A DNA stretch of 64,000 nucleotides from Candidatus Latescibacterota bacterium (GCA_963791045.1 CAWBQK010000017.1:1-64000); one strand, 5' to 3'. Shown: positions 43,632-53,878, counted from the stretch's first letter. Notes: generated by a model not told the origin, from the sequence alone. Translations and numbers: made by a program.

Positions 43632-43676
43632 CGGGGGAGAGAATATCTTCGTCAAGTGACAGAGTTTATAACCGGC

Positions 43677-43705
43677 TTGACATGACAGGTTCATCTTATT
43701 ATCCT
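43677..43705 (+). promoter_or_regulatory. Sigma70-like promoter of tRNA-Lys
   Basis: TTGACA-N17-TATCCT. Confidence 0.55.
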
Positions 43706-43735
43706 GCAGACAAAATTAAGGTCACCACGTAAGGT

Positions 43736-43811
43736 GAGTCGCTAGCTCATCTGGTAGAGCACATGCCTTTTAAGCATGGGGTACTGGGTTCGAGTCCCAG
43801 GCGACTCACCA
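43736..43811 (+). tRNA. tRNA-Lys (anticodon TTT)
   Basis: Acceptor GAGTCGC/GCGACTC + ACCA; anticodon arm CATGC-CTTTTAA-GCATG; GGTTCGAGT; 76 nt. Confidence 0.96.
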
Positions 43812-43838
43812 TTTTTTTTGCCCTCCGGGAGGGGTGAA

Positions 43839-44768
43839 ATGGAGTTCGCGCGGTTTGTGGAGGATCACGCCGTGGTTCTCACCGAGGGATCGATAATCGA
43901 GAGGGTGAGGCGTTCGTTCGATGTTGCGCTCGACCCGCACATCGAAAATACCGGGTTGGTTTTTGATGACCGAGGCCGGGATATCCTGACGACTATTTAC
44001 CGCGAGTACCTTGACGTTGGTCGGGATACCGGTATGCCGATGATCATGTTGACGCCGACGTGGCGCGCGAATCCCGAGCGGCTCGCCAGGGCCGGTATTG
44101 TCGACGTGAAAGTGGTTCACGGCGAGTGCTTTGATTTGGTGTCATCGATACGGACTGGATACGGGGGATACGCGTCGAGCGTTCCGATCGGCGGGCTCAT
44201 GGGTTGTCGCGGAGACGCGTATCGTCCTGAAGAGGCGTTGGGAATAGATGAGGCGGAACTATTCCACTCGTCGCAGGTTGAGGCTCTTTCGGAGGCGGGG
44301 GTTGATTTCTTGTTGGCATCGACATTGCCGGCAAGAACCGAAGCCGTTGGAATCGCAAAGGCATTGGCGCGGAGCGGTCTCCCTTACATTCCCAGTTTTA
44401 TAGTGCGGCCGGACGCAACTCTTCTCGATGGATCGCCTCTGTGTGATGTGATCGAAGAGATAGACAGCACGGTCGATCCGTCGCCGGTTTTTTACATGAT
44501 GAATTGTATCCATCCCGCCGTGTACATACGCGCGCATTCGGCGCTGGAATCCGAACATGCGAAGCGGCGTGTGCTGGGCCTCCAGGCGAACGCGTCGCCC
44601 AAAACCCCGGAGGAGCTGGACAATCTGGACAGGCTGGACGCCGCGGACCCCGACGATTTCGGGGGGGCGATGATCGATGCCCACCAGGAGTGCGGCGCGA
44701 AAATACTCGGAGGGTGTTGTGGGACGGACTCACGGCACATCCGGAGTATCGCCCGGAAGCTCGCTTGA
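43839..44768 (+). CDS. Homocysteine S-methyltransferase family protein (stand-alone)
   Basis: TPTWRAN, GCRGDAY, MNCIHP, GGCCGTD Zn ligands. The track start at 43776 lies inside tRNA-Lys. Confidence 0.85.
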   Translation: MEFARFVEDHAVVLTEGSIIERVRRSFDVALDPHIENTGLVFDDRGRDILTTIYREYLDVGRDTGMPMIMLTPTWRANPERLARAGIVDVKVVHGECFDLVSSIRTGYGGYASSVPIGGLMGCRGDAYRPEEALGIDEAELFHSSQVEALSEAGVDFLLASTLPARTEAVGIAKALARSGLPYIPSFIVRPDATLLDGSPLCDVIEEIDSTVDPSPVFYMMNCIHPAVYIRAHSALESEHAKRRVLGLQANASPKTPEELDNLDRLDAADPDDFGGAMIDAHQECGAKILGGCCGTDSRHIRSIARKLA

Positions 44769-44914
44769 TCTCCTCGGACACACTACTCGGACCACGGTTC
44801 GTCTTCCATCCCACCCGTTTTCCGGTAAATATTGACACCGCCCCATCAGTGTGGTTGCCTCGTTCATAGAGACTTGTGATTGACAATACGATCAAGGAGC
44901 AAGGGAGGCTCGAG

Positions 44915-46561
44915 ATGTTCCTGATAACAAAAAAACTTCTGAGCGCAGTGGCTGTCGTCATCGCGTTCGCTTGTGTGGCGGGTGTGGCTTGGGCTCAACC
45001 GGGCACTGCGGTCGAGACGTTCGATACGCCAAGCAAGTACCCCGGCGGAATCGCCTTTGACGGAACATATTTCTATGTCGCCGACTGGCGGGAGGCGGCC
45101 ATCTATCGGGTGGATCCTTCCGATGGCGCCGTGGTTGACAAGAAGATAGCGCCGACACTCAAGCCCAAAGGGATGACGTTCGGAGACGGGCACCTCTTTG
45201 TGTCGGACGATCGTACCGGCGCCGTATTTGCCTGGAATTTCGATACGGGGATGGTGGATTGGACCTTCGCCGCCCCGGGCAAACAAGCTGCCGGTCTGGC
45301 GTGGGCCGGAGACGCGTTGTACATCCTCGAGAAGCGGAGCCGCAAGGTGTACAGGGTGTTGCCCGAGGACGGAACCATCCTCGCGAATTTTCCCGTTCCC
45401 AGCAAGTACTGCGAGAACCTCGCGTTTGATGGAAAGTATCTTTGGATTTCCAACCGCATTGACGACGAAATCTACATGGTCGATCCGGACACGGGGACGG
45501 TGATCGGCGTGATCGACGCGCCGGGGCCGTATGCTTCAGGTGTCGAATGGGTGGATGGATTTCTGTGGAATGTTGATTTCCAGAACCGATCGGTCTACAA
45601 GCTCGTGATCGACGCGGACAAACCGTACAGGTTGACCGATACTCGCATCGCCAGAGTGGAGTACTACTGGGGGCTGAATAACTATGGCCCGGGGGAAGTC
45701 AAAGACGTCGTTTTGAATATCGCCGTGCCCGAGACGCTTCCCAACCAGGAGCTACTGTCGGATATGACGTATTCAGCGGCGCCGGCTAAGCTGGACAAAG
45801 ACAAGTGGGACCAGCCGTGCGCGGTTTTCAACCTTGGTGGTGTCCGGGCGGGGAGCAAGGCGGAACTCTCGTACTCCGTCCAGGCGAAGGTATCGGCGAT
45901 CCGCTATTTGATCATTCCTGAAAAGACAGGCAAGCTCAGCGACATCCCGCGGGACGTGCGGGACAAGTACCTGGCCGACGGGTCGAGATACCGCATCTCA
46001 TCGCCTTATATCAAAAAGACTGCAAGAGAAATTGTGGGAGACGAAACCAACCCCTATTGGATCGCGCGCAAGATCTACAATTTTGTGATCGACAGACTCT
46101 ATTACGAGATGATCGGTGGGTGGGACGTGCCCGAAGTGGTGTTGAAACGGGGAAGCGGTTCGTGTTCCGAATACACGTTCTCGTTCGTCGCGCTTTGCAG
46201 GGCTGCCGGACTCCCCGCGCGTTACCAGGGCAGTGTCGTGGTTCGCGGTGACGATGCAAGTATAGACGAAGCGTTTCACCGATGGGCGCAAGTTTATCTT
46301 CCCAACTATGGCTGGGTCCCCGTGGACGCCAACAGGGGCGACAAAGAATCTCCGGTAGGCCAGGCGAAGGGGATTGGCGAACTCGCCAACAGATTTCTTA
46401 TTACAACGCACAGCGGGGGAGGATCGGAATATCTTTCCTGGGGATATAATTCGTTTGCCAGTTTCAAGATGAACGGCTACTGCAAGATCGAAGAGGACAA
46501 TCTAGGATTCTGGGAACCCCTGGATGGAGAAGGGGTCGAGTCGGCGTCGGTAAAGCCGTGA
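44915..46561 (+). CDS. Secreted beta-propeller + transglutaminase-like (Cys-His-Asp) protein
   Basis: Signal peptide; repeated G[IML][AT][FW]DG blades; GSCSEY, ALCRAAGLPAR, FHRWAQVY, GWVPVD. Confidence 0.85.
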   Translation: MFLITKKLLSAVAVVIAFACVAGVAWAQPGTAVETFDTPSKYPGGIAFDGTYFYVADWREAAIYRVDPSDGAVVDKKIAPTLKPKGMTFGDGHLFVSDDRTGAVFAWNFDTGMVDWTFAAPGKQAAGLAWAGDALYILEKRSRKVYRVLPEDGTILANFPVPSKYCENLAFDGKYLWISNRIDDEIYMVDPDTGTVIGVIDAPGPYASGVEWVDGFLWNVDFQNRSVYKLVIDADKPYRLTDTRIARVEYYWGLNNYGPGEVKDVVLNIAVPETLPNQELLSDMTYSAAPAKLDKDKWDQPCAVFNLGGVRAGSKAELSYSVQAKVSAIRYLIIPEKTGKLSDIPRDVRDKYLADGSRYRISSPYIKKTAREIVGDETNPYWIARKIYNFVIDRLYYEMIGGWDVPEVVLKRGSGSCSEYTFSFVALCRAAGLPARYQGSVVVRGDDASIDEAFHRWAQVYLPNYGWVPVDANRGDKESPVGQAKGIGELANRFLITTHSGGGSEYLSWGYNSFASFKMNGYCKIEEDNLGFWEPLDGEGVESASVKP

Positions 46562-46576
46562 TTGTTCGATAAATGA

Positions 46577-46622
46577 AAAAGGAAAAGTCCTGTCACACAA
46601 TGGCGACAGGGCTTTTCCTTTT
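46577..46622. terminator. Bidirectional intrinsic terminator between convergent genes
   Basis: AAAAGGAAAAGTCCTGTC ... GACAGGGCTTTTCCTTTT. Confidence 0.8.
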
Positions 46623-46636
46623 GTATCCGCGTGCGG

Positions 46637-48226
46637 TCACTCGATCTCAAAAACACGGGAATGCGAGAAAACGTTTCCGTACTCGTCGGTGGTGCGAACG
46701 GTGATCGTATGTACGCCGGTTTCGAGATCGAGCGGGAGTTCCGCGGTCCAGATGTGTGATGCCGGAATGGGTTGGATCCAATCCGGATACTTTTTGGGGT
46801 TGTTTTTGATAAGACTCTCGATGAACGGATCGTTCATCACGGTTCTCTCCATGCGGACATACTCGGCCCCGCCAAGCCGGTACTCGACGGTCGAATGTTT
46901 ATTGCCGTTGAAGACGTTGGCGACGACGTCGATGTTGCTCTCCGAGGTGAGTTTGACGCGGCCCGCCGGCGCGCTGATTCGGATCTGAAGGTCCTCATCG
47001 AATCCGGCCGCTTTGAATCTCTGTGTGTATTTGGAGCCGTCGAAGCTAAAAATGTGATAGCCGTTTGGTGCGCCGTCACGTTGTTCGGTCGACGGGATGC
47101 CCCTCTCGTTCCGAGGGCCGCTCCACCATGATCCAGAAACGGCTCCGCAGGTAATCTGCTGGAATCTGCGGTCACCCATCCATCCGGCGTTCTCGTCCAG
47201 GTCGTACTGCTCGATCAGGTGCATATGACCGGTCACCGCGAGAAGGTGGCTCCTGTCCTTCAACAAATCAAAGAGATCGTCCCTGTCAATGACGTTGACG
47301 TCCTCCTCGGAGCTTCCCGGTGAGTAAAGTGGGATGTGCATGGTGAACACGATCAGGCGGTCCGAGGACACATGTTCGAGGTAGTTTTCAATCCAGGCGG
47401 TCTGCCGGTTGCCGAGTTTGCCCCTGTAATTTCCTGTTTCCTTTTCTTCGTCCTCTCCCATCCACTCGACGTTATCAAGAACGATGAAAGAAACCTTGCC
47501 GTATTCGAAAGCATAGTATGTGGGGCCGAAATGACGCCGGAAGGTCTCCAGGGCAAAGCGATCGTCCTCGGCGTCGAAATTCATGTCGTGGTTGCCGGGA
47601 ACGTTGAAGAAAGGAATCCCCGCGGCCGCTACGATCCCGTTATACCGGTCGTAGAGGGAGAGGTCGTTGTACATGATATCGCCGAGTGTAATGCCGAACG
47701 CGGCTTGGGTTCCCACGAGTTCGGAGACGACATCGTCACGTATATAGTCGATCTCACGATTGGATCGTGGTTGGGGGTCGGAAAAAACCACGACATCAAA
47801 CTTGTTGGTTTTGTTTTTCGCTTTCAGTAGAGGAAAGTCCACGGACTCCGGCAGCGGTCCCGTGGGCAGCAACCCCTCATGTTTGAACTCGGGTGATCCT
47901 TCGGGCCGATGAACGTAGTAAAATCTTGGGATATGATTCTCGTCGAGCGAGAGATCATAGTCGGCGGGTTTGACAACAAAAATGGTGGCGTTCTCACCAT
48001 GGAGGGAGATTTTGTAGTGTCCCTTTCGGTTGGTTTTGACGACGTCAAACTGGTTCGATACGAGAACACCGCCGACACCTTTTTCCCCGTCGTCCCTTTG
48101 GGCGTTGTCATTCGTATCTTCGAAGACGACACCCTCGACAAATTTGAGCTCCTTCGTGTCTTTTCGCCCGCAGCCGAGGATCAGCATGGACGCAGCGATT
48201 ATGATCATGACACCAAGCGATTTCAT
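46637..48226 (-). CDS. Calcineurin-like metallophosphoesterase lipoprotein (MetallophosN/C flanking domains)
   Basis: Lipobox ILGC; SDPQ, LGD, PGNHD, MHIP, GHMH, GAVSGSWWSG. Confidence 0.88.
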   Translation of the reverse strand: MKSLGVMIIIAASMLILGCGRKDTKELKFVEGVVFEDTNDNAQRDDGEKGVGGVLVSNQFDVVKTNRKGHYKISLHGENATIFVVKPADYDLSLDENHIPRFYYVHRPEGSPEFKHEGLLPTGPLPESVDFPLLKAKNKTNKFDVVVFSDPQPRSNREIDYIRDDVVSELVGTQAAFGITLGDIMYNDLSLYDRYNGIVAAAGIPFFNVPGNHDMNFDAEDDRFALETFRRHFGPTYYAFEYGKVSFIVLDNVEWMGEDEEKETGNYRGKLGNRQTAWIENYLEHVSSDRLIVFTMHIPLYSPGSSEEDVNVIDRDDLFDLLKDRSHLLAVTGHMHLIEQYDLDENAGWMGDRRFQQITCGAVSGSWWSGPRNERGIPSTEQRDGAPNGYHIFSFDGSKYTQRFKAAGFDEDLQIRISAPAGRVKLTSESNIDVVANVFNGNKHSTVEYRLGGAEYVRMERTVMNDPFIESLIKNNPKKYPDWIQPIPASHIWTAELPLDLETGVHTITVRTTDEYGNVFSHSRVFEIE

Positions 48227-48588
48227 ACGGAAAAGCCCCCTCGTCAAATACGCACAGCAAGAGAACGCAATGTGTTGCGATTGTTATTTGTGAGCATGAG
48301 AATTACACAACTGCCGGTTGAATGCCGATATTCTAATGGTTTCGGCCCTGTACGTCAAAGCAACGGTTTGCGTGAATGGCGGAATTTCTGGTGTGGGCCA
48401 ATTGCCGCCCTCCAAGAATGGCCTTGAATTCAACTCCGACGGGCGCTACATTCGCTCCTCATGGGGGGGGCAGGCCCCCGGCCGTTGCCTCTTGGCTTTG
48501 AAGTTGCGATTAGGCGATGGGTGTATGATGTTGTCAGTATATGAGTTGCGGTGGTCGATGTGGCGAGTTTGACCTGTTGAGGATTCAG

Positions 48589-50040
48589 ATGTCAGACGAC
48601 AAAATTGGGAAAAAGCCGGGCATTGTTATGATCGTGGTCGACACGCTCAGGGCCGATTTCTTGGGCTGTTACGGCTACCACGAGCCCATAACCGAGAACA
48701 TCGACCGCCTGGCCGCCGGGGGAGCGCGTTTTACCAGGGCGTGGTCTGCCTCTAATTTCACCGCGCCGGCATTCGCTTCTCTCTTTACGTCGCTATATCC
48801 GACGCACCACGGCGTCTACGACTTCAACATCAAGAAACTCCCCGAGAGCCCGCTGATGCGGATCGTAAAAAATGCCGGTTACATGCGCAAAGCCGTCGTT
48901 GATTTTGGCTTTTTCAAAAGCTATCTCGGCGAGTCTTTCGATCATATGGAATCACTGACCGACCTTGGGCCGAACTGGTCGACTGAAGGGCCGGTCCTCG
49001 AGACCGAGCGGGCAGTGGATTGGCTCAAAGAAAACAGCCGCGCACCATTCTTTCTTTTTCTTCACTTGTCTCCGCCGCATACACCGTACCGGTTTCCGGA
49101 TGAGTTCTACACGATTCTACGGGCGAGTCAAAGTTGTTCGGATGGGATGGAGAGGCTTCGCGCTCATGAGATACTCGGCTCGCTTCTCCCAACGCCGGAG
49201 GATGGTAAGATCTCAGACGATCAGATCGACAGGTTCAACCGCTGCTCGCCGCTTTTGGGCGACGTGGATGTCGGCGAGGATCTTGTAGCTATCATTAAGA
49301 ATCTCTACCGTATGGAAGTAAAGGTGGTCGACGAAATGATCGGGCGCGTGATGAGGACGCTCGAAGATATCGGAATTCTGGACGATACGATCGTGAGCGT
49401 ATCGTCGGATCACGGGGAGGAGTTCTGGGAGCACGGTGGTTTCAGTCACGGGGCATCGGCCATGCACAACGAGGTGATCCGGACTCCGTGGGTGGTGAGT
49501 TGTCCGTCGGTGATTTGCTCAACGGCTGAAATCAACTCGAACGTATCTCACACGAATATCCTTCCGACCCTGATGGATCTTGCGGGGATCGATCTGCCCG
49601 TTTCTGCAAGAAGAAAGAGTGTGCGGGGTTTGATCGAAACACAGGGAGACGGCGGCGAGGAAGCGCGGTCAAAGGGAAGAACTGTTTACTGTGAGACGGC
49701 GACACGGATCAGCGTCATGGATGGGGAGATGAAATTGATCGCGCCAAATGAACGCGCTCGATATCGCGGCACGAAAGAGAAGTTGAAATATCGGATGTCT
49801 CTGGCCAAGAAACGTTTGAAGGGTTCGGGTGGGGAGCAGGTCGAACTGTACGATCTCGGGGATGATCCCGGCGAACGAAAGAATATTGCGGATTCGAACC
49901 CGGATGTGGTCAAACGGCTGAAGGGCTTGATCGATGAATATCATGCGAGTGATGACACGACACTGGGGGCGGGGGAGGACCTGACGCCGGAAGAAGAAGA
50001 GCGTATTAAGAAGGAACTCGAAGGTCTCGGTTATTACTAG
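48589..50040 (+). CDS. Sulfatase-like / alkaline-phosphatase-superfamily protein
   Basis: VDTLRAD, FTAPAFASLFTSLYP, PHTPY, SDHGEEFWEHG, ELYDLGDDPGE, LEGLGY. Confidence 0.85.
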   Translation: MSDDKIGKKPGIVMIVVDTLRADFLGCYGYHEPITENIDRLAAGGARFTRAWSASNFTAPAFASLFTSLYPTHHGVYDFNIKKLPESPLMRIVKNAGYMRKAVVDFGFFKSYLGESFDHMESLTDLGPNWSTEGPVLETERAVDWLKENSRAPFFLFLHLSPPHTPYRFPDEFYTILRASQSCSDGMERLRAHEILGSLLPTPEDGKISDDQIDRFNRCSPLLGDVDVGEDLVAIIKNLYRMEVKVVDEMIGRVMRTLEDIGILDDTIVSVSSDHGEEFWEHGGFSHGASAMHNEVIRTPWVVSCPSVICSTAEINSNVSHTNILPTLMDLAGIDLPVSARRKSVRGLIETQGDGGEEARSKGRTVYCETATRISVMDGEMKLIAPNERARYRGTKEKLKYRMSLAKKRLKGSGGEQVELYDLGDDPGERKNIADSNPDVVKRLKGLIDEYHASDDTTLGAGEDLTPEEEERIKKELEGLGYY

Positions 50041-50047
50041 GCCGTGG

Positions 50048-51517
50048 TTAATACAGGCGCCATGCTGGGAGTGATTCCACTCCGTGACGCGCAGCGTCTT
50101 CCGTCATGATGACCAACAGTTTGTCGATCAACTCTTCGGACGCTTTTGAGAGCGAGGGGTTTTCGAGAAGTTTCTGTGCCGTGTCATGCGCCCGTGCTGC
50201 CGCAGTCTTGCCACCCGCCATCTCCCAATCACCATATGTGCCGCGATCCACGACATCCGACGGATAATACACTTCGTCTCTGAAATGACTCCGTGTGTGC
50301 TCGGAGGTCATAAACGTTTTTGCTCCCGATGTCACAAACTCGCGGAGAACATCGATTCCAGCGGTCGCGTCTTTAAAGGTGATGCCTTCCTTGAGCCGGC
50401 GGGCCATCATGCACACTTCCGCGTCGAGAACGAGTTTCTCCAGGCTCTGACAGGCGACAAAGTCAAGGATGCCGGGCCCCGATACAATATTGACGCCGGC
50501 AATTGCGGCAAGCACGGCGCCTATCCCCGTTTCGAAGCCGGCCTGGTAGTCGGGGCTCTTGGCGTCGCTGAGAGCCATGTAGGCGTGTACGGGAAGTCTC
50601 AGCGATTTGCCGATTTGGGCGTAGCCGATATCAACCATCATGGTCTCAATCGCGCCCAGCGGTGTCGTGGCCTTGCGCATGTCAAAAATCGCGGGAGCTC
50701 CGCCGTACACAATCGGCGCGCCGGGATTGGTGAGTTGATGGATGACGAGACCGCTCAAGCTCTCCGCCGTGTGCTGAACGAGTGACCCTGTGAGTGTGAC
50801 CGGGGCGGTGGCGCCGGACAGCGGCATCGATACCGTCTCCGCCGGAACTCCGTGGGCGGCACAATCCATAAGTGCCTGGCATGTAAGATCGCTCCATGAC
50901 AACGGTGGAGAGGGGCAACAATCGAAGATGGCGAGCGGTTTGTCTCGGAGCGCGTCGGCGCTCCCGCGGGCGGCGACGAGCATGTCGAACATTACGGGAA
51001 ACGCTTCCTTCAAAAATGTGCCGGTGATGACCGGCTTCTTGCTGTAGACAAGAGCGAGAAAAAGTCTGTACCTGTCGGCAAGTTTATCGGGCAGGTCGGA
51101 AGGGACAACGCCCGTGCTCTGAACATCGAAAGCCGGCGTCTGGTCGGTGACCGCGATGAATTCGACAACGTCTTTGGTTGTTGGTTTAACTGCTTTGTTG
51201 TTTTGAAAGTCAAAAACGGATATTGCCGCGGAGCCGGGGTCAAAGATCAGGTTGTTCCGCCCGACACATCCGACCTCGTCGCCATCGCGATCGTAGAGGA
51301 AAAAATGATCGGGAGCGGTACGAAGACTCTGGTCGACGAGGTTTTCACTTATGAGAACGCGAGTCCCGTCGTCGCTCGCCTTTGCGCCGCCCGCGCTTAA
51401 CCGTTCGACCGCTTCTTTATTCTCGACAATGACGCCGACTTCGGAGAGAACAGAAATCGCCTCGCCGACGATTTGCTCGATCTGTGCGGGGGACAGAAGC
51501 AGCGGATTTGACGACAT
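50048..51517 (-). CDS. MttB-superfamily (trimethylamine/quaternary amine) methyltransferase, non-pyrrolysine
   Basis: SPPL, GATAPVTLTG, PGAPIVYG, SDAKSPDYQAGFE, SLEKLVLDAE; no in-frame amber codon. Confidence 0.9.
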   Translation of the reverse strand: MSSNPLLLSPAQIEQIVGEAISVLSEVGVIVENKEAVERLSAGGAKASDDGTRVLISENLVDQSLRTAPDHFFLYDRDGDEVGCVGRNNLIFDPGSAAISVFDFQNNKAVKPTTKDVVEFIAVTDQTPAFDVQSTGVVPSDLPDKLADRYRLFLALVYSKKPVITGTFLKEAFPVMFDMLVAARGSADALRDKPLAIFDCCPSPPLSWSDLTCQALMDCAAHGVPAETVSMPLSGATAPVTLTGSLVQHTAESLSGLVIHQLTNPGAPIVYGGAPAIFDMRKATTPLGAIETMMVDIGYAQIGKSLRLPVHAYMALSDAKSPDYQAGFETGIGAVLAAIAGVNIVSGPGILDFVACQSLEKLVLDAEVCMMARRLKEGITFKDATAGIDVLREFVTSGAKTFMTSEHTRSHFRDEVYYPSDVVDRGTYGDWEMAGGKTAAARAHDTAQKLLENPSLSKASEELIDKLLVIMTEDAARHGVESLPAWRLY

Positions 51518-51533
51518 GAACGTGATCCCCGGT

Positions 51534-52178
51534 TTAAGTTTTATCTTCGTGCTTGAATCGGCAGTTCACCATTCCGCAGTACTCGCACACGTCGGTATTG
51601 CGCATGTCGATGGGGTGATCACCAATGGCGACGGCGAACGTTATCGATTTTCTGGGGACCATCATCGCGCCTTCGGTCAGGTGAACGCCCAGCGAGTCGC
51701 CCTCGACCGCCGCGTAGAGCCATTTTTGCTCGGCGACATTCCAGCCCCCGTAGCCAGGACTGAACCGGCGGCTGCATTTAAGGCCCGACTTCGAGATCTT
51801 GTCACATATGATTTTGTTCGCCTGGTCGGCGGCCGCTTCGGTTGCCGCGGAACCGTAACTATCGAGGATGAGCGCACGGCTCAGGTCGCCGGCAAACTTG
51901 AACTCGTTGACGACTTCTTCGAGCTTGGGACCAATGGTGACGAGGCAAACAACGAGTGCGCTGATATGACAGACAAAATGCGAGTGGAAATACTCGTCGC
52001 TCGTCATCGTGCGAAACGCGCACACGGGCGCCAGAAGAGTCGGAGCAATCTTTTCAATTTCATCTATTGCCGTCATCACCCTGGGTGGAATTTGGGTTTC
52101 GCCATACCCCAGGCAACGCGCGATCTCGTCGCGGGCTACTGTGATTTGAAATCCGTCGACTCTTTCGATCTTGCTCAT
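51534..52178 (-). CDS. B12-dependent methionine synthase activation-domain protein
   Basis: LVTIG..LE, LDSYGS, RFSPGYG, MMVPRKSIT, C-terminal CEYC...C. Confidence 0.85.
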   Translation of the reverse strand: MSKIERVDGFQITVARDEIARCLGYGETQIPPRVMTAIDEIEKIAPTLLAPVCAFRTMTSDEYFHSHFVCHISALVVCLVTIGPKLEEVVNEFKFAGDLSRALILDSYGSAATEAAADQANKIICDKISKSGLKCSRRFSPGYGGWNVAEQKWLYAAVEGDSLGVHLTEGAMMVPRKSITFAVAIGDHPIDMRNTDVCEYCGMVNCRFKHEDKT

Positions 52179-52211
52179 TGCTATACCTCTGTTATTGGTT
52201 GGTATCTGATT

Positions 52212-53159
52212 TCAAACTGACACCCGGTCTGACACTTCTTGAATAAATGCCGGTGTCGTCCCGCAACACCCGCCCACCGCGTTGATTCCGATCTCAAACA
52301 TTTGTTCGACATCGTCGGCGAATTCCGCCGGGGTCTGGTCGTACGCCGGCATACCGTCGCGAACGGTGGGCTGCCCGGCGTTGGGCTGACACAGAAGAGG
52401 GAGGTTCGTACCATCGCGCAGAACGCGTGCGAGTTGCGTCATGTCGGAACTCGTGAGCGTGCAGTTTGCGCCGACGACATCCGCTCCGGCGTTCTCGAGA
52501 ACTCTGAGAGATTCGCACACTTCGTTTCCCATGACCGTATAGAAACCGCGAGGGTTCTTGTTGTATGTCAGCGTCACAACTGTGACGGCGGCAAGAGATT
52601 TCCTTGCGACCTCGAGGGCGATCAGCGCTTCTCTAATATCGAACATTGTCTCGATGAGAACAATATCAACCGCCGCGTCCAACCCCTCGATCATTCCGGA
52701 AAACTCTTTTTCGAGCTCAGGCTCGGTGGCATTTCCGACCGGTGGCAGCATTTTACCGGTTGGGCCGATCGAGAGGGCGACGAATCGCTCGCGTGCTCCG
52801 GGTCGGGTCCTGCCGCCGGGGGAACCGCACGGAGCGCAGGTATCGTGGATCGAGTTGAATCGTGACACGGCGTCGCGCGCGAGACGGACCCCGGCTGTAT
52901 TGATGGCGCCGGCATCGCGGCCGAGTTTGAAGCCCTCGAGCCGTGACGGCGTCGAACCAAAGGTGTTGGTTCCGACAACATCCGCACCGGCCTCGAGGTA
53001 TGCGGCGTGGACATCCCGGATCACCGACGGACGGGTGATGTTCCACTCTTCCGGCGATTTGCCGGGAGCGAGCCCTTCAGCGATCAGCATGGAACCCATC
53101 GCTCCGTCGAAAAGAACGCCGCCGTTTGTGATTCGATCGAGTACGATTTGTTTTCTCAC
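52212..53159 (-). CDS. Homocysteine S-methyltransferase domain protein (MetH N-terminal module)
   Basis: FDGAMGS, HAAYLEAGAD, TNTFG, SIGPTG, IETM, GANC, QPNAG, GGCCGTTP. Confidence 0.9.
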   Translation of the reverse strand: MRKQIVLDRITNGGVLFDGAMGSMLIAEGLAPGKSPEEWNITRPSVIRDVHAAYLEAGADVVGTNTFGSTPSRLEGFKLGRDAGAINTAGVRLARDAVSRFNSIHDTCAPCGSPGGRTRPGARERFVALSIGPTGKMLPPVGNATEPELEKEFSGMIEGLDAAVDIVLIETMFDIREALIALEVARKSLAAVTVVTLTYNKNPRGFYTVMGNEVCESLRVLENAGADVVGANCTLTSSDMTQLARVLRDGTNLPLLCQPNAGQPTVRDGMPAYDQTPAEFADDVEQMFEIGINAVGGCCGTTPAFIQEVSDRVSV

Positions 53160-53171
53160 ATTATTCCGATT

Positions 53172-53813
53172 TCAGGAAAGCAGCGAACGGGCTTTCTTGA
53201 CCGCCTCGACCGCGTTTTCCGCATACGCGTCCGCTCCGATTTCGTTTGCCCACGAGGCGCTTGCCGGCGCGCCACCGACGAGTATCTTGACTTTGTTTCT
53301 AAGCCCTTCGTCGGCCAGTTTGTCGATGACTGTTTTCTGGCCGGCCATCGTGGTGGTCAGGAGCGCCGACATGCACACAAGGGACGATGGATGCGGGCGC
53401 GCCTCTTCGACGAAACGGTCATAGGCGACGTCGGCGCCAAGGTCGATTACACGATAACCATTGGCGGCGAACATCGTCGCGACGAGCGTTTTGCCAATAT
53501 CATGAATGTCACCCTGCACGGTGCCGATAATCACGAGTCCCCTGGAATCAATTTTGGCCTCGTCGTCGAGAAGGGCGGGTTGGAGGACGTCCATCGCCGC
53601 CTTCATTGATTCAGCGCTGAAGGCGAGTTCGGGAAGGAAATACTCGCCCTCTTCCCACAGTTCACCGGCGCGGCGTATCCCCGGAGAAAAGCCGTTCTCG
53701 ATGATATCGAGCACGTCGTATCGATTATCCAGGGTGTCGGCCGCCAGCTGAACGGCACGCTCACGGTCGCCTTTGAGCACGGCGTCTTCGCACTGTTTCA
53801 GAAACTCCATCAT
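53172..53813 (-). CDS. Corrinoid (cobalamin-binding) protein
   Basis: Cap domain GEYFLPEL; GDIHDIGK; SALLTTTM; VGGAP. Confidence 0.92.
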   Translation of the reverse strand: MMEFLKQCEDAVLKGDRERAVQLAADTLDNRYDVLDIIENGFSPGIRRAGELWEEGEYFLPELAFSAESMKAAMDVLQPALLDDEAKIDSRGLVIIGTVQGDIHDIGKTLVATMFAANGYRVIDLGADVAYDRFVEEARPHPSSLVCMSALLTTTMAGQKTVIDKLADEGLRNKVKILVGGAPASASWANEIGADAYAENAVEAVKKARSLLS

Positions 53814-53878
53814 ATTTGCTATCCCAGGTTAATCATTCTCAGTGCGGGTGCCGCGTCTCGGCGTCGTAACCTTTAAGG

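Noticed and set aside
50048-51517. Pyrrolysine recoding in the MttB gene
   Set aside because: The ORF is full length with no in-frame TAG, and no pyl genes are in the window.
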